Of a DNA stretch of 64,000 nt, positions 1 through 11,153 are shown piece after piece. This DNA is from Scenedesmus sp. PABB004. Taxonomy: Eukaryota. The DNA lies in assembly GCA_014905635.1 (NCBI GenBank), contig JABVCE010000010.1:496001-560000 (forward strand). Direction: 5' to 3'. The translations under genes and the position numbers were made by a program. The notes under the pieces are model-generated. The model did not search any database, was not told where the DNA came from, and saw only the letters and a program-made list of their open reading frames with translations. Each line of letters opens with the position of its first letter. The first letter of the stretch is position 1.

Positions 1-274
1 GGCCGCCCGGGCAGGCCCCCGCGACCGATCGCCAGGCTGCCGGCTCAAGAACGTGCCGCGGCGAGGCCAGGGCTCGCCGTGCTCGCCGGGCGGGCTGCTC
101 TGCGCCCGCGAGCTCAACAACCCCCCCCGATCGGCGCCCGCCGCCACGCCGGCCGCTGCCACGGCCCACCCGACAGCTCGGCCGGCCTCCCACGCCCGCG
201 CCGCGCCCACCTGTGGCGGAAGCGGGCTCTCGTGCGCGCCGGGCGAGCGCGGGCTCTCGCGCTGCTCTGGCTGA
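1..274 (+). CDS. possible 3' end of an upstream gene (partial, unknown product)
   Basis: The frame is open from the window edge to TGA at 272-274 and converges on the CDPK 3' end. No recognisable motif. Confidence 0.25.
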   Translation, partial: AARAGPRDRSPGCRLKNVPRRGQGSPCSPGGLLCARELNNPPRSAPAATPAAATAHPTARPASHARAAPTCGGSGLSCAPGERGLSRCSG

Positions 275-517
275 GCGGGCAGGGCGGCAGGGGCTCGGGC
301 AGGACTGGAGCGGGAGCGGGGGAGGGCGTGGGCAGCGCATGCGCGCCGCGTCCGCCGCCGCCGCGCAGAGCCCTGCCGAGGCGCCGCCAAGTGATTTAAT
401 GCGGGCCCGCCCCTTTGTGCACACATCTCCCCGCCCCGCCCCCCCGTCAGAACCAGCCCTCCCCGGCGACCCAGGCCTCGAGCGCCGCCGGTCGCGCCGG
501 CCGGGCGGCGGCGCGCG

Positions 518-3500
518 TCAAAAAAACTTGGACAGCGTCGTCTTGGCGCCCGCGCGCCCGCTCGCGCGCAGGTCCTCGTTCGTGTTGCGCAGGAGCCAGC
601 TGAACTCGGCGTAGTCAATGAGGCCGTCGCCGTTGGTGTCGGCGGCCTCGAGCAGGGCCTTGGCGTCGTCGTAGATGCCAAAGCGACGCAGCGCGTCGCT
701 CAGCTCCTCGCTCGTGATCGTGCCGCTGCCGTCGCGGTCGAGCTGCTTGAACGCCTGCGCGGCGGGGCAGGGCGGGCGGGCGGGGCAGACGCGGGGGGGG
801 GGGTGCGTGTGAGTGAGTGTGCGTGCCGTGTCGGGTGGTGTGCTGCGGGGGGTGGGAGCGGAGAGCGGGGCCGGCGCGCCGCCTCCCACACAGAGCGCGC
901 CGCGCAGCGCCGGCCGCGCCTCGCCTTTTGCAGCAGCTCCTCCTTCTCCAGCTTGCTGAGGTGCATCGTCGCGGCGACAAACTCGTTGTAGTCGATCAGG
1001 CCGTCCCCGTCGACGTCCGCGATCGCCATCACGCTCTGCAGCTCAACCTGCGGCGCGGCGTGTGTGCGCGGAGCGGGCGGCAGGTGCGGCGGCGGGGTGG
1101 GCGGCGTGGGCGCGGCGGCGCAGCGCCCCCCCCCCCCCCCCCCCCCCCCGCGGCGCGGCGTGTGGCGTGTGGCGGCGGCGCGCGTGCTTACGTCGCTGAT
1201 TTTGTGGCCCCAGTTGAGCAGCGCGCGCTTCATCTCCTCGACCGTGATGGTGCCGCTGCCGTCGGTGTCGATCGACTTGAACAGCGCCTGCATGCCTGCG
1301 CGCCGCGCCGCGCCGCGCCGCGGGCGGGGGCGGGGCGGGGGGCGGGGGCGCGGCGGCGGCGGGCGTGGGTGCCGCGCGGCGCGCGTGCCCTGCGCCGCCC
1401 CGCCGCCCCGCCCGACACACGCGCCCGCACCCACGCCACACCCACGCACCTGTGAGCTCGTCGGGCGAGAGGTTTTGGCCGACGACCATCATGGCCATCT
1501 TTTTGAGCCGCGTCATCCCCGCAAACGCGCGCATGCGGCGCAGCACGACGCTGTCCATCTCGGTGCCCGGCGCGGCGCCCTCCTTGACCAGCCAGTCGTG
1601 GCGCAGGATCTGGCAGGGCGCGGCGGGGCGTGTGCGCGTGGGGCGTGCGTGCGTGTGAGTGTGCGCGAGGGCGGGCGGGCGGGCGCGCGAGAGGCGAGGG
1701 GGTGCCGTGCAGCGGCGCGCGGCGGCGGTGCGGCGCGCCTGCTCCGCGGTCGCGCGCTTGGTGGGGTCCATCTCCAGCAGCCGCCGCACGCAGTCCTTGG
1801 CCGCGTCGCTGATGGAGGGCCACGGCTCGCTCTTGAAGTCGATCGCGCCCTTCAGCACCTGGCCGCGCGCGGGCACGGCGCGCGAGCGGCGTGCGCGCGT
1901 GGGCGCCGCCCCCGCGCGCCACACGCCCGTCGGCAGGCCCCCCGCGCCGCGCCGCGCGCCGCCCCTGCCCGCGGCGCCGGGGCCCGCCCTCGCGCGCGAT
2001 GAAACCAGCCAGCCTCCGGGTTTACGGAGTCGAGGCGCGCGCGCGTGCGTGCGCGCGCGTGCGTGCCTAAACTGCCGCCGCGTCTGCGTGTGCGTGTGCG
2101 TGTGCGTGTGCGTGTGTGCGTCTGCGTGCGCGCGTGCGCCGCGCCGCACCATCTTGAAGATCTGGTCCTCCGTGTCGCCCCAGAAGGGCGGCAGCCCCGA
2201 GAGCAGGATGTAGAGGATGACGCCGAGGGACCACATGTCCGCCTCGTGGCTGTAGCTCTTGCGCAGCACCTGGGCGCGGCGGCGCGGCGCGCGGGCGCGC
2301 GGGGCGCGCGGGGCGGGACGGGACGGCAGGCGGGCGGGCGCGCGTCGGCCGGCGGACCGCGGGCGGGCGGCGGGCGCGGGCCCGGTGCCGCGGTGTGTGT
2401 GTGCGCGTGCGTGCTGCGCGTGCTGCGCGCACCTCCGGGGCGACGTAGTAGGGCGAGCCCACGAGGTCCCGGAAGCGCTCGCCGTGCCGGAAGAACACGC
2501 CTGCGCGCGCGCGCGCGCGCGTCGGCGCCCGCGCGCCCGCGCGCGCCGGCGCCCCGCTGCGCCCCGCTGCGCCCGCGCGCGCCCCGCTGCGCCCGCGCTG
2601 CGCGCGCTGCTGCGGGCGCGGCGCCACCGCGTGCGCGTGCCGCGCCGCACCGAGGCCAAAGTCTGTGAGCTTGAGCTCCGCGTCGAGGCTCTTGGCGGTC
2701 AGCAAGAAGTTCTCGGGCTTCAGGTCCCTGCAGGAGGGGGCGCGGCGCGGCACCGGCGCGGCGCGCGTGAAGAGCCGGGACGCGCCGACCGGCGCGCGCC
2801 GCGGCTGCGCGCGCTGGGTGCGCTGCGGCGCGCCCTGCCCCGCCGTCGCCCCGGGCCCCTGCCTCGCTCCCTGCCTCGCTCCCTCCCCGCTCGTGCGCAT
2901 GGCTGGCCGCGCCTGTGCATGACTCCGAGCTCGTGGCAGTGGTTGACGACCTCGACCATCTTGCGGAAGATCACGGCCGCCTGGGCGGCGGCGGGGGGAG
3001 CGGCGGCGGCGCAGTCGGCCCGCGCGCCCGCCGCGCCGCGCCCGCGCGCCCCTGCTGCCGGCGTGCGCCGCGGCGCGCACAGGCCGCGCGCAGGCTGCGC
3101 ACCTTTCTCTCCGAAAAGTGCTGCGCCTCGACGATGTGGTCAAACAGCTCCCCGCCGCCGCAGAGCTCCATGACAATGTGCACATACTCCTTGTCCTCGT
3201 GCGTGCTCTGCACGGTGGGCGCGGGCACGGCGGCGCGCGTGTGGCGGCGGCACAGCGCGCGGCGGCGGCGGCGCGGCTCGCGCCGCGGCGCCGCGCCTCG
3301 AGCGTGACGACGTTGGCGTGGCCGGCGACCAGGTTCATGATCGCGACCTCGCCCTGCACGTCCTTGACGTCCTCCTTGCACACCAGCTTGGCCTTGCTGA
3401 TCGACTTGACCGCGACGGGCTCGGACGTGGCCTTCCTGCGCGCGAGGCGCACGACGCCAAACGCGCCCTTCCCGATCTGCTTGTCGAGCTCAAACAGCTC

Positions 3501-3572
3501 GTCCAGCCGCGGGTCGGCGGGGCCCTTGCCCAGGACGTTGGCCACGGAGAAGGAGGACGACGGCGGCGGCAT
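518..3572 (-). CDS. CPK: calcium-dependent protein kinase (CDPK), 11 exons; alternative in-frame ATG at 3764
   Basis: Spliced motifs [57 protein letters not shown] and [21 protein letters not shown]. These are followed by a junction domain and four EF hands ([44 protein letters not shown]). Confidence 0.95.
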
Positions 3573-4345
3573 CGCGGCGCGCGGCCGCGGGCGCCCGCGG
3601 CGCGCGGCGCTGCTCCTGCCGGCGCGCGCGCGCGCTGCGCCGGCGGCGCCTGCGCCGGCGGCGGCGGCGATCAGGCGGCGCCGCCGCGGCGGGCCGCTGG
3701 CGCGGCCGGGCGGGGCGGGGCGGCGGCCCGGCCGGGAGCCAGGGCTGCTCTCGGGAGCCCGCATGCTGCTCCCGCGCGCCACGCCGCCCACGACCGGCGA
3801 GCCCGCGCACCTGGCTCTCGGGGACCGTCCGAGGAGCGCCCAAGCTAGCTCTCCGCGCCCTGTCGACGAGCAGACGCAGAGAGCGAGAGCAGCTCGCGGA
3901 GCTCGCGGCGCTGGCGCTGGGCGCCCGCTGCGACGCCGGCTGACTCGGGCCGCTGGCGCAGAGACCAGGGAACGGCACGGCAGCGGGCTGGGGCTTTGCG
4001 TCCGAACTGACCGCCGGGTGCTGCTGCTGCTGCCCCGGCGCGCAGCCCCGCCGCCCCCGGCTCAGTCACCGCAGCAGCCGGCTGCAGGACCGCGCTCCCA
4101 GCGTGGTCTGACAGGCTCGCAGCGCGCTCCCCAGGAAAGCTGAAGACCGCCTCCGCACGCTGCACGTTCAGGCCCTCTTCGCCCCAATCCCGGCCCTGCC
4201 GAGTCGCCCTGTGTGCTCGGGGTGAGGCCGCGGCGGGCGCCGGCGCCGGCGCCGCGCGGCGGCGGTTGGCGGCTGCCGCTGTGCTGCTCGCGCCGCCGCG
4301 CACGCCGCTCCCCGCGCGCGGCCGCTGCGCCGCATCGTTGACGCC

Positions 4346-6441
4346 ATGGCCCCGCTCTCACGCCCGCAGATGGGCAGGCGCGGGCGCGCCGGCGCGGCCG
4401 CGCCAGCGGCGCTGGCGGTGGCGCTGCTGCTGCTGCCCCTCCTGTGCGCAGCGGCGCCGGGCGCCGGGCGCGCGCTGGGCCGTGACCTGCGCCACGATGA
4501 GCAGCAGCAGCAGCAGCAGCAGCCCGCGGCGGAGCCGCCCAAGCAGCCCGCCGCAGACGCGGCGCCACCGGCGGCGGGCGGCGAGGCGCCGCAGGCGGCC
4601 GCGCCCGCCGACGGCGGCAAGCCCGCGGCGGCGGCGGCGCAGCAGCCGCCAGCAGCGGGCAGCGATGTCGGCGCGCCCGCGACGGCGCCCGCGGCGCCCG
4701 CGCCCGCCGGCGGCGCCGACGGCAAGGCGGCCGCGCCCGTCGTGGTGAAGGGCGAGGACGACGTCAGCGCTGCAGAGGAGTTTACTGCCGAGGACGAAGC
4801 GTTGCAGGAGGCGGCGGCAGAGGCAGACGCGGAGCAGACGGCGGCGGCCGGCGCGGTCGGCAAGCCCGCAGAGGGGAAGCCCGCGGAGGGCAAGCCCGCA
4901 GAGCCCAGCGGCGGCGCGCCGTCGCAGGCGGCCGCAGCCAACGCCACGGCGCCCCCTGTCGCCGCACCCGAGAGCAGCGGCGCCACGCCCGGTGGGGCGG
5001 TGGCCGCGGCCAACGCCACGGCAGCCCCCGCCGCCGCCAGCGGGCCGGCGGCCGCGGCCAACGCCACGGCGTCCCCCGCCGCCGCCAGCGGGCCGGCGGC
5101 CGCGGCCAACGCCACGGCGTCCCCCGCCGCCGCCAGTGGGCCGGCGGCCGGGGGCAACGCCACGGCGGCCCCCGCCGCCGCCAGCGGGCCGGCGCCCACC
5201 GCGGAGAGCAAGGCCGGCGCCGTGGCCGCGGCTGCCGGCGGCACAACCGGCGATGCGGGCACCGCCGCCCGCTCGCCGCCGCCGGCCACCGCACCTGGCG
5301 CGGCGCCCCCGGCCGCCGCCGGCGCCGCGGCGGCGGCGGGGCCCGCGCCCGACCCCACGGAGCAGCTGGCAAACCTGCCGGCGCGCGGCGACGAGGAGCG
5401 AAAGAAAAAGCAGGACGCCGCGGTGCCGACGAGTGGGTTTGGGCTCGCGCCCGAGCCGGACGGCGAGGGCGGCGCCGCAGCGGCGGCGGCAGGGGGCGAC
5501 GCGCTGGCCGGCGCGGTGGCGCTGGACGACGCGGAGGCGGAGGAGGAGCGGGAGGCCGCGGCCAAGGCGGCGGCGGGGCCGTCGGCGCAGGCGGCGGGCG
5601 CGGAGGGCCAGCCGGCGGCGGCGCAGCAGGCGGCGCCCGAGGGCGCGGGCGCGCAGCAGCCGGCCGCGGCCCTGCCGGCCAGCGGCCCAGGCTCGGCGGG
5701 CGGCGACGACGTCGACCTGGGCGGCGTCGACCTGGAGGCGCAGGCCCAGCGCATGCACGGGGCCGTCAGGTGCGCAGCGGGCGCGGGCGCGCTGCCGCGC
5801 GCCGCCGGCCGCCGGCCGCTCGTGCGAGGGCCGACCGCTGGCCGCCGGTCGTCGCCGCCGGCCGCCCGCGCGCGCGCAGGAAGGGGAGCGCGCTGCTCGT
5901 GCTGGCGCTCTTGGTCGGCGGGGCCATCCTGGCGGCCATCAACCTCAGCGGCCGGCGGACCGCCAAGTATGCCCCGGTCGCCACGGGCGCCGGCGGCGGC
6001 GGCGGCGGCCCGGCGCGCGGCGGCAGCGGGCCCAGCCCGCGCCTCGGCGGGCAGCTCAAGGGCGCGCGCAGCGGCAGCGGCGGCGGCTGGGGCTGGGGCG
6101 CCGAGCGCCGCGCGTCGCTCTCGAGCGACGGCGGCGGCTGGGGCGCGGGCGGCAAGGCCGGCGGCAAGGCCGGCGCCGGCGCCGCGCCCGCAGCATGGGG
6201 CGCGACCAGCTGGGACGACGACGACGCGTGGGACGACATGGAGAAGGCCTCGCCGCGCGCCGGCAGCGGCGGCGGCGCGCCCCCGGGCCGCGCGCAGGGC
6301 CGCGGCGGCCGCGGGCCCGCCGCCAGCCCGCGCAGCGGCGGCGGCGGCGGCACGCTCACGCCGCGCGGCGGGCGCGGCCTCGGCGGGCGGCGGCTCTCGA
6401 ACCGCAAGTCGGACGCGTCGTCGTTCAACTCGGACTGGTGA
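4346..6441 (+). CDS. type-I membrane Ala/Pro-rich glycoprotein, 2 exons (intron 5770-5879); start 4346 or 4370
   Basis: Signal peptide (ALAVALLLLPLLCAAA), low-complexity ectodomain with NAT sequons, TM helix ALLVLALLVGGAILAAINL, and a Gly-rich tail with WDDDDAWDD ending FNSDW*. Confidence 0.7.
4990..5200 (+). repeat. 48-bp coding tandem repeat (ANATA[A/S]PAAASGPAAA, about 4 copies)
   Basis: Repeated gccaacgccacggc...cgccgccgccagcgggccggcg is visible in the sequence. Confidence 0.85.
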
Positions 6442-6745
6442 CTGGTGAGCGCAGGGAGAGCGGGCAGAGGGCTGGCACGAGCTGGAGAGAGAGGTCCACG
6501 GCGCTCGGGGCGTGCCGCCGTCGAACCGCCGCCAAGCCGCCGAGCCGCGCGCATCTGCGCCCGCACGGGCTCCGTGGGCAGCCGACCTCCCGGCCAGCCC
6601 GGCGCAGCAGCGAACGAGCCGGCTCCGCGGGCCCCCACGCCGCTCCGCCGCTGCCGCTGCCCCTGCCGCTGCGTGCGCGCCTGCACTCGCATCAGCCAGC
6701 GCGGCGACCTGAGCCGTGCAGCAGCACAGCTAGTGGCCCACCCCC

Positions 6746-8507
6746 ATGCGCGCGCACCGCGCCGCGCCGCCGGCGGCGCGCGCCGCGCCCGTCGGCTGCT
6801 GCTCGCGCGGCGCCGCGGCGCGCCGCCGCCGCCGGCCGGCCGCGGCGCCCGCCGGAGCAGCAGGCCCTGTCACTGACTCGGGCCAACAGCAGGGGGACCC
6901 TCTGGCGGCGGTCTACGTCGACGCGCGGGCGGAGCCGCCGCCCTTCCTCGGCCCGGTCGCGGCGGTCCACCTGCCGGGCAAGGGCCGCGGCCTCGTCGCG
7001 ACGTCCGCGCTCGTGCCGGGGCAGCTGCTGCTCGTGTCGCCGCCGCTCGCGCTCGTGCGGTGTGAGATGGGCAACATCCCCGACCACGACGCGCTGCTCG
7101 ACGCGGTCGTGAGCGGGGCGGCGCGCTTCACGCCCTGGACGGCCGCCTGGCTGACGGCGCTTGCGGCGACGACCGACGACGACGGCAACCCCGCCGCGCC
7201 GCCGACGGGCGGCGCGCCGGCGCGCGCGCCCGCGGCCGTGCCGCCGATGCTGCCGCCGCCGGGCGAGCCCGAGGCCGGCGGCGTGGGCTTTGACGAGCTC
7301 AGGCCAGGCATGACGCTGGAACAGCTGTGGGCGGCCATCGTGCTCAACTGCTATGGCGAGGGCTACCAGGACCTGCCCGCGACGCTCGCGGCGGGCCCCG
7401 ACGCGGCACTGAGCGGACACCTCGGCCTCTGGGGGCCCTTCAGCCTGCTCAACCACGCCTGCTGGTGCGCGCGGCGCCCGGGCCCACGCCTGCGCGCCGC
7501 GCGGCGCCTTCACGGCGCCCAGGCTGGCGGCTCAGCCTCGGCGCCCCGCGCCGCTGCCTGCCTGAGCCCTGCAGCCCCAACGCGGTCGCCTACACGCTGC
7601 GCGACGCCATGGTCGTGCGCGCCGCGGCCGCCGTGGCGGAGGGCGAGGAGCTGTGCATCAACTACCTGGGGCGCGGCGCGCTCGAGCCGCTCGCGCAGCG
7701 CCAGGTGCGTTGACCGCGTTTGACCGCCGCGCGGCCGCGCGCCCGCGCGTCGGCGGGCGCCCGGTATGATTGCCTGCGCACGCCCACGCTCGCCCCGCCC
7801 GCCGCGGGGCTGGGCAGGCCAACCTGGACGCCAGTTACGGCTTCACCTGCACCTGTGCGCGCTGCGTCGACGAGGCCGCCGCGGCGGGCGCGGCCGCGCC
7901 GTCCGGCGCAAGCCTCGGCGAGCTGCTCGCAGGGCTGGTCGACGCGGTGCCGGCGTGGGACGAGCGCCTGGCGCAGCTGCTGGGCGGCGGCGCGCGCGAC
8001 GGGCCGGGCGCCGACGACGGCGAGTCGGCGGCGGGCGCCGCCACTCAGCCGGACCGCGCTGGGCTGGCGCAGCTCGCCGCCGAGCTGCAGGCGCGGTGGC
8101 GCGACGTCGACGGCGCGGCCGCCGCCGCGGGCGGCGGTGACGCGGCGGCCGCCGCGCGCCTGCGGGCGTGGACTGGCGCGAGCGCGTTCGACCTGCTCGG
8201 CCTGCTGCACGAGGCCCAGGCCGGCGCGGGGCAGCCGGCGGGCGCGACGCTCGACGCGGTGCTGCGCGTGTGCGAGCAGGTGTGCCCCGGCAGCGATCTC
8301 CACGTCTTTGAGGCAGTGCGGCGGCTCGCCGCGGCGCAGGCGGCGCCGGGCGGCGCCGACGACGGCGCCCCAGCCGCGCGCGCCGCGTCGGACGCGCTCG
8401 CCCGCGCGGTGGTGGCGCGGTACGGCCCAGCGCTTTTGCACGGCGACGGCGCGCTGGCGCGGCTGGTCGCGGCGTCGGTCGAGGCGTGCCACATGGTCCG
8501 GCTGTAA
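6746..8507 (+). CDS. SET-domain (SMYD-like) lysine methyltransferase, 3 exons (introns 7465-7574, 7705-7817)
   Basis: Motifs GKGRGLVAT, SLLNHACCPNA, EGEELCINY and post-SET YGFTCTCARC. Both introns are canonical GT-AG and restore the frame. Confidence 0.88.
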
Positions 8508-8615
8508 CCGCGACGCGCCAATCAGCTTCTCACCGGCCGCCGCCGGCAGCGAGCAGCGCCGGCAGCGCTGCGGCGCGCGCAGCACGCCCGGCGCGCCCCG
8601 CACCCAACGCCCCGC

Positions 8616-10079
8616 TCAACCGTGCCGCTGCTCGCCGAGCGCCAGCCCGCTCAGCGCGCCGTCCGCGGCGTGCGTGCGCACCGAGAGCAGGCGGCTGCGG
8701 CTGGGCGCGGCGCCGCCCTCGCCCGGCTGCAGCACGACGCCGGCCTCCGCGTGCGCCACGCGGCCGGCGTCGTCGACGCGCACCGCCGACCACGCGCCCA
8801 GCGGCAGCAGCGTGAGCTGCACGCCCTCGCCCGCCGCGCCCGAGGCGTCGAGGCACGACGCTGCGGCGCCGCCGCTGGCGGCGCCGCCGCCGAGCGCCAG
8901 CTGCTGCCCGCCCGCGTCGGCCCAGGGCCCCTCCAGCGCCGCCGCCTCGAGCGCCGGCGTCTGCGAGATGCCCGGCTGCCCGCCGCCGCAGCCCGCCAGC
9001 TCGCGCTTGCCAGTGAAGGGGCCGTCGTACCTGCGGAGGCGCCGGCCGGCGCGCGGCGCAGCGGCCGGCGGCCGGCGGTCGGCGCGCGCATGCGGCCGGC
9101 GCGCCCGCTCGCGCGCCGCCGGCGCACCGCTCGCGGTGGAGCTCGACGCCGTCGAGCCGCCACGGCCTGCCCGCGGTCCAGGCGCGCCTGAAGCGCTGCA
9201 CGACCTTGACGCGCAGCCGCTGCTGCTCCCCCGGGCCCGCCGGCAGCGCGAAGCAGTGCTCCACCGCCGCCTGGGCCACGGCCTCGTCTGCGGGCCACGC
9301 GACGGGGCCGGCGCTGTAGCTGCCGTCCGGCCGCGCCGCAAGGAGCAGGGCGCCCTCCGCGCGCGCGCCGCCGTCGCCACTGGCGCCGCTGGCGCCGCTC
9401 TGCTCCTCTGTAAAAGCGATGGCGTCCGCCTCGCAGCCCACGGTCGGCATCAGGCGGCGCACCGTGGAACTGCGCCTCGCGGCGCGGCGTGCCGCGCGTC
9501 GGCGGCGCGCTCGAGCCGCCGCGCGGCGCCCCGCGCGCGCGGGCCGCGTGCGCCCGCGGCCGGCGCGGCCGGCGCGGCCGGCGGCGGGCGCTCACCGCAG
9601 CTCGCCCGGCGCGGCGAGGGCGCTGCACTGGCTCTGCCAGTCGAAGAGCTCGACGCCCCACTCCCGGAACGCGCCAGGCACGTAGTGCTCCGGCAGCTGC
9701 TCCGCCTCGCCGCTGGGCCGGAACGTCGCCGTCACGCCCTCCCACTCGCCTGCGGGGTTGGGTTGCGTTGGAGCAGCGGGCGCAGCGGCGTCGGACCGGG
9801 CGCCGCTGCTGCGACCGCGCTGCCGCGGCGCGCCGCCGCGCGCTGCCCACAGCGCCCACGTGGCGGCTGCGCACCGGAGGCGGCAGCCGCCCAGGCCTCC
9901 CAGACCGCGGCGTCAGGGCCCGCCGCAGCGGCGTCGGACTGCGCCGGCGCCGGCGACGACGCGGCGGCGGCGCATCCGCCCCGCCGGCGCCGGGGCAGCG
10001 CGCATTGGCGGCGCGAGGGCGCGTGGGAGGCCGCCTGGCTCGGGCGCACGCCGGGAGCCCGCGTGGGGAGCAGCTGCAT
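8616..10079 (-). CDS. conserved plastid-targeted protein of unknown function (resembles plant At4g38225-type proteins), 4 exons
   Basis: Transit-like N-terminus, then SGEWEGVTATF, LPEHYVPGAFREWGVELFDWQSQC, RRLMPTVGCEADA and RYDGPF..ELAGCGG. The family assignment is from recalled motifs, not a search. Confidence 0.7.
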
Positions 10080-11153
10080 GCTCCAGAGCCGGCGGCAGCA
10101 GCGGGCGGCAGCAGCGGCGGGCGGGCAGCGGGCGTGGAGCGTGGGGGCTGGCGTGGAGCGCGCAGGCGTGGAGCTCGGGCTGGGCGCAGGGCTGAGGAGC
10201 AGCGACAGCGACCGGTAGGGCTCGACTCGCTTAACACCCACTTTCGCGCGCAAAGCAGCCAGCAAAGTCAAAAACTGGCCGCACAGTACTGCCGCGGCCG
10301 CACGCTCTCGTCAGAAGGTTGTTTGTTTGTGTGTTTTGGCTCTCGCTCCACCGTGCCGCACGCCCCGCTGCTTGTCGGCCGCCGCCCACGCGCTGGCGTG
10401 GCGGCCCCGCCGGCCCTGCCGCTGCTGCGCGCTGCCGCAGCGCGCGCTGCCGCCCGCTGCCCGCTGCGCATGCTCCACCCCGCCGCCGAGGCCCGGCCGC
10501 CACCTCCCTGAGTGACAGCCCCCCCCCCCCCCCCCCCCCCCCCCCCTGCCGACCGGCGCGTGCCGCGGTGCACCCTGCACACGCACGCAGCACGGCCCAA
10601 GATGCGTGCGAGTGTGATGTGTGAAGTCGTGCGGGCGGGCCCGAATGCTCCCGCCCCGCACGTTTATGGCCTGCCGACTGCGCCCGAACAGGCAAGAAGG
10701 AGCGCACGCGCGCGCCCAAGTGCGGTCCGAGCGCGCTGCCTCGCCGCTGTACGCCTCTTCTCGTCGCGGCCGGGCGCCACGCCGCCATCGCGCCGCGGAG
10801 ACTGTGTGCCGCAGCCGCCCCCTGCACACGCGGCGCGCATGGACAACGCTGCCCCCTCCCCCTGCCCTCCCTCCACAACGCACGACACGCCGGCGGCCGC
10901 GCGGCGCCAGCGCACGGCCGCCGCGCACGTCGCAGCGCGTCGGCCGAGGCTGGCGCGCGGCGCGGCAGCACGCGGCGCACACATCCCAGCCCCCCCCCCC
11001 CCCGATACAAAGGGTGGTGTACAGCGAGCTGCTGCAGGGCCGCCGCCCGCAGCGGCCGCGCCTGCGCCAGCGCCCGCCCCCCAGCGCATGCGCCCGAGTC
11101 GGCGCCAGACCCCCCGAGCCGGTCCCAGCGGCGCGTGCGCCGCCCCCGCAGCC

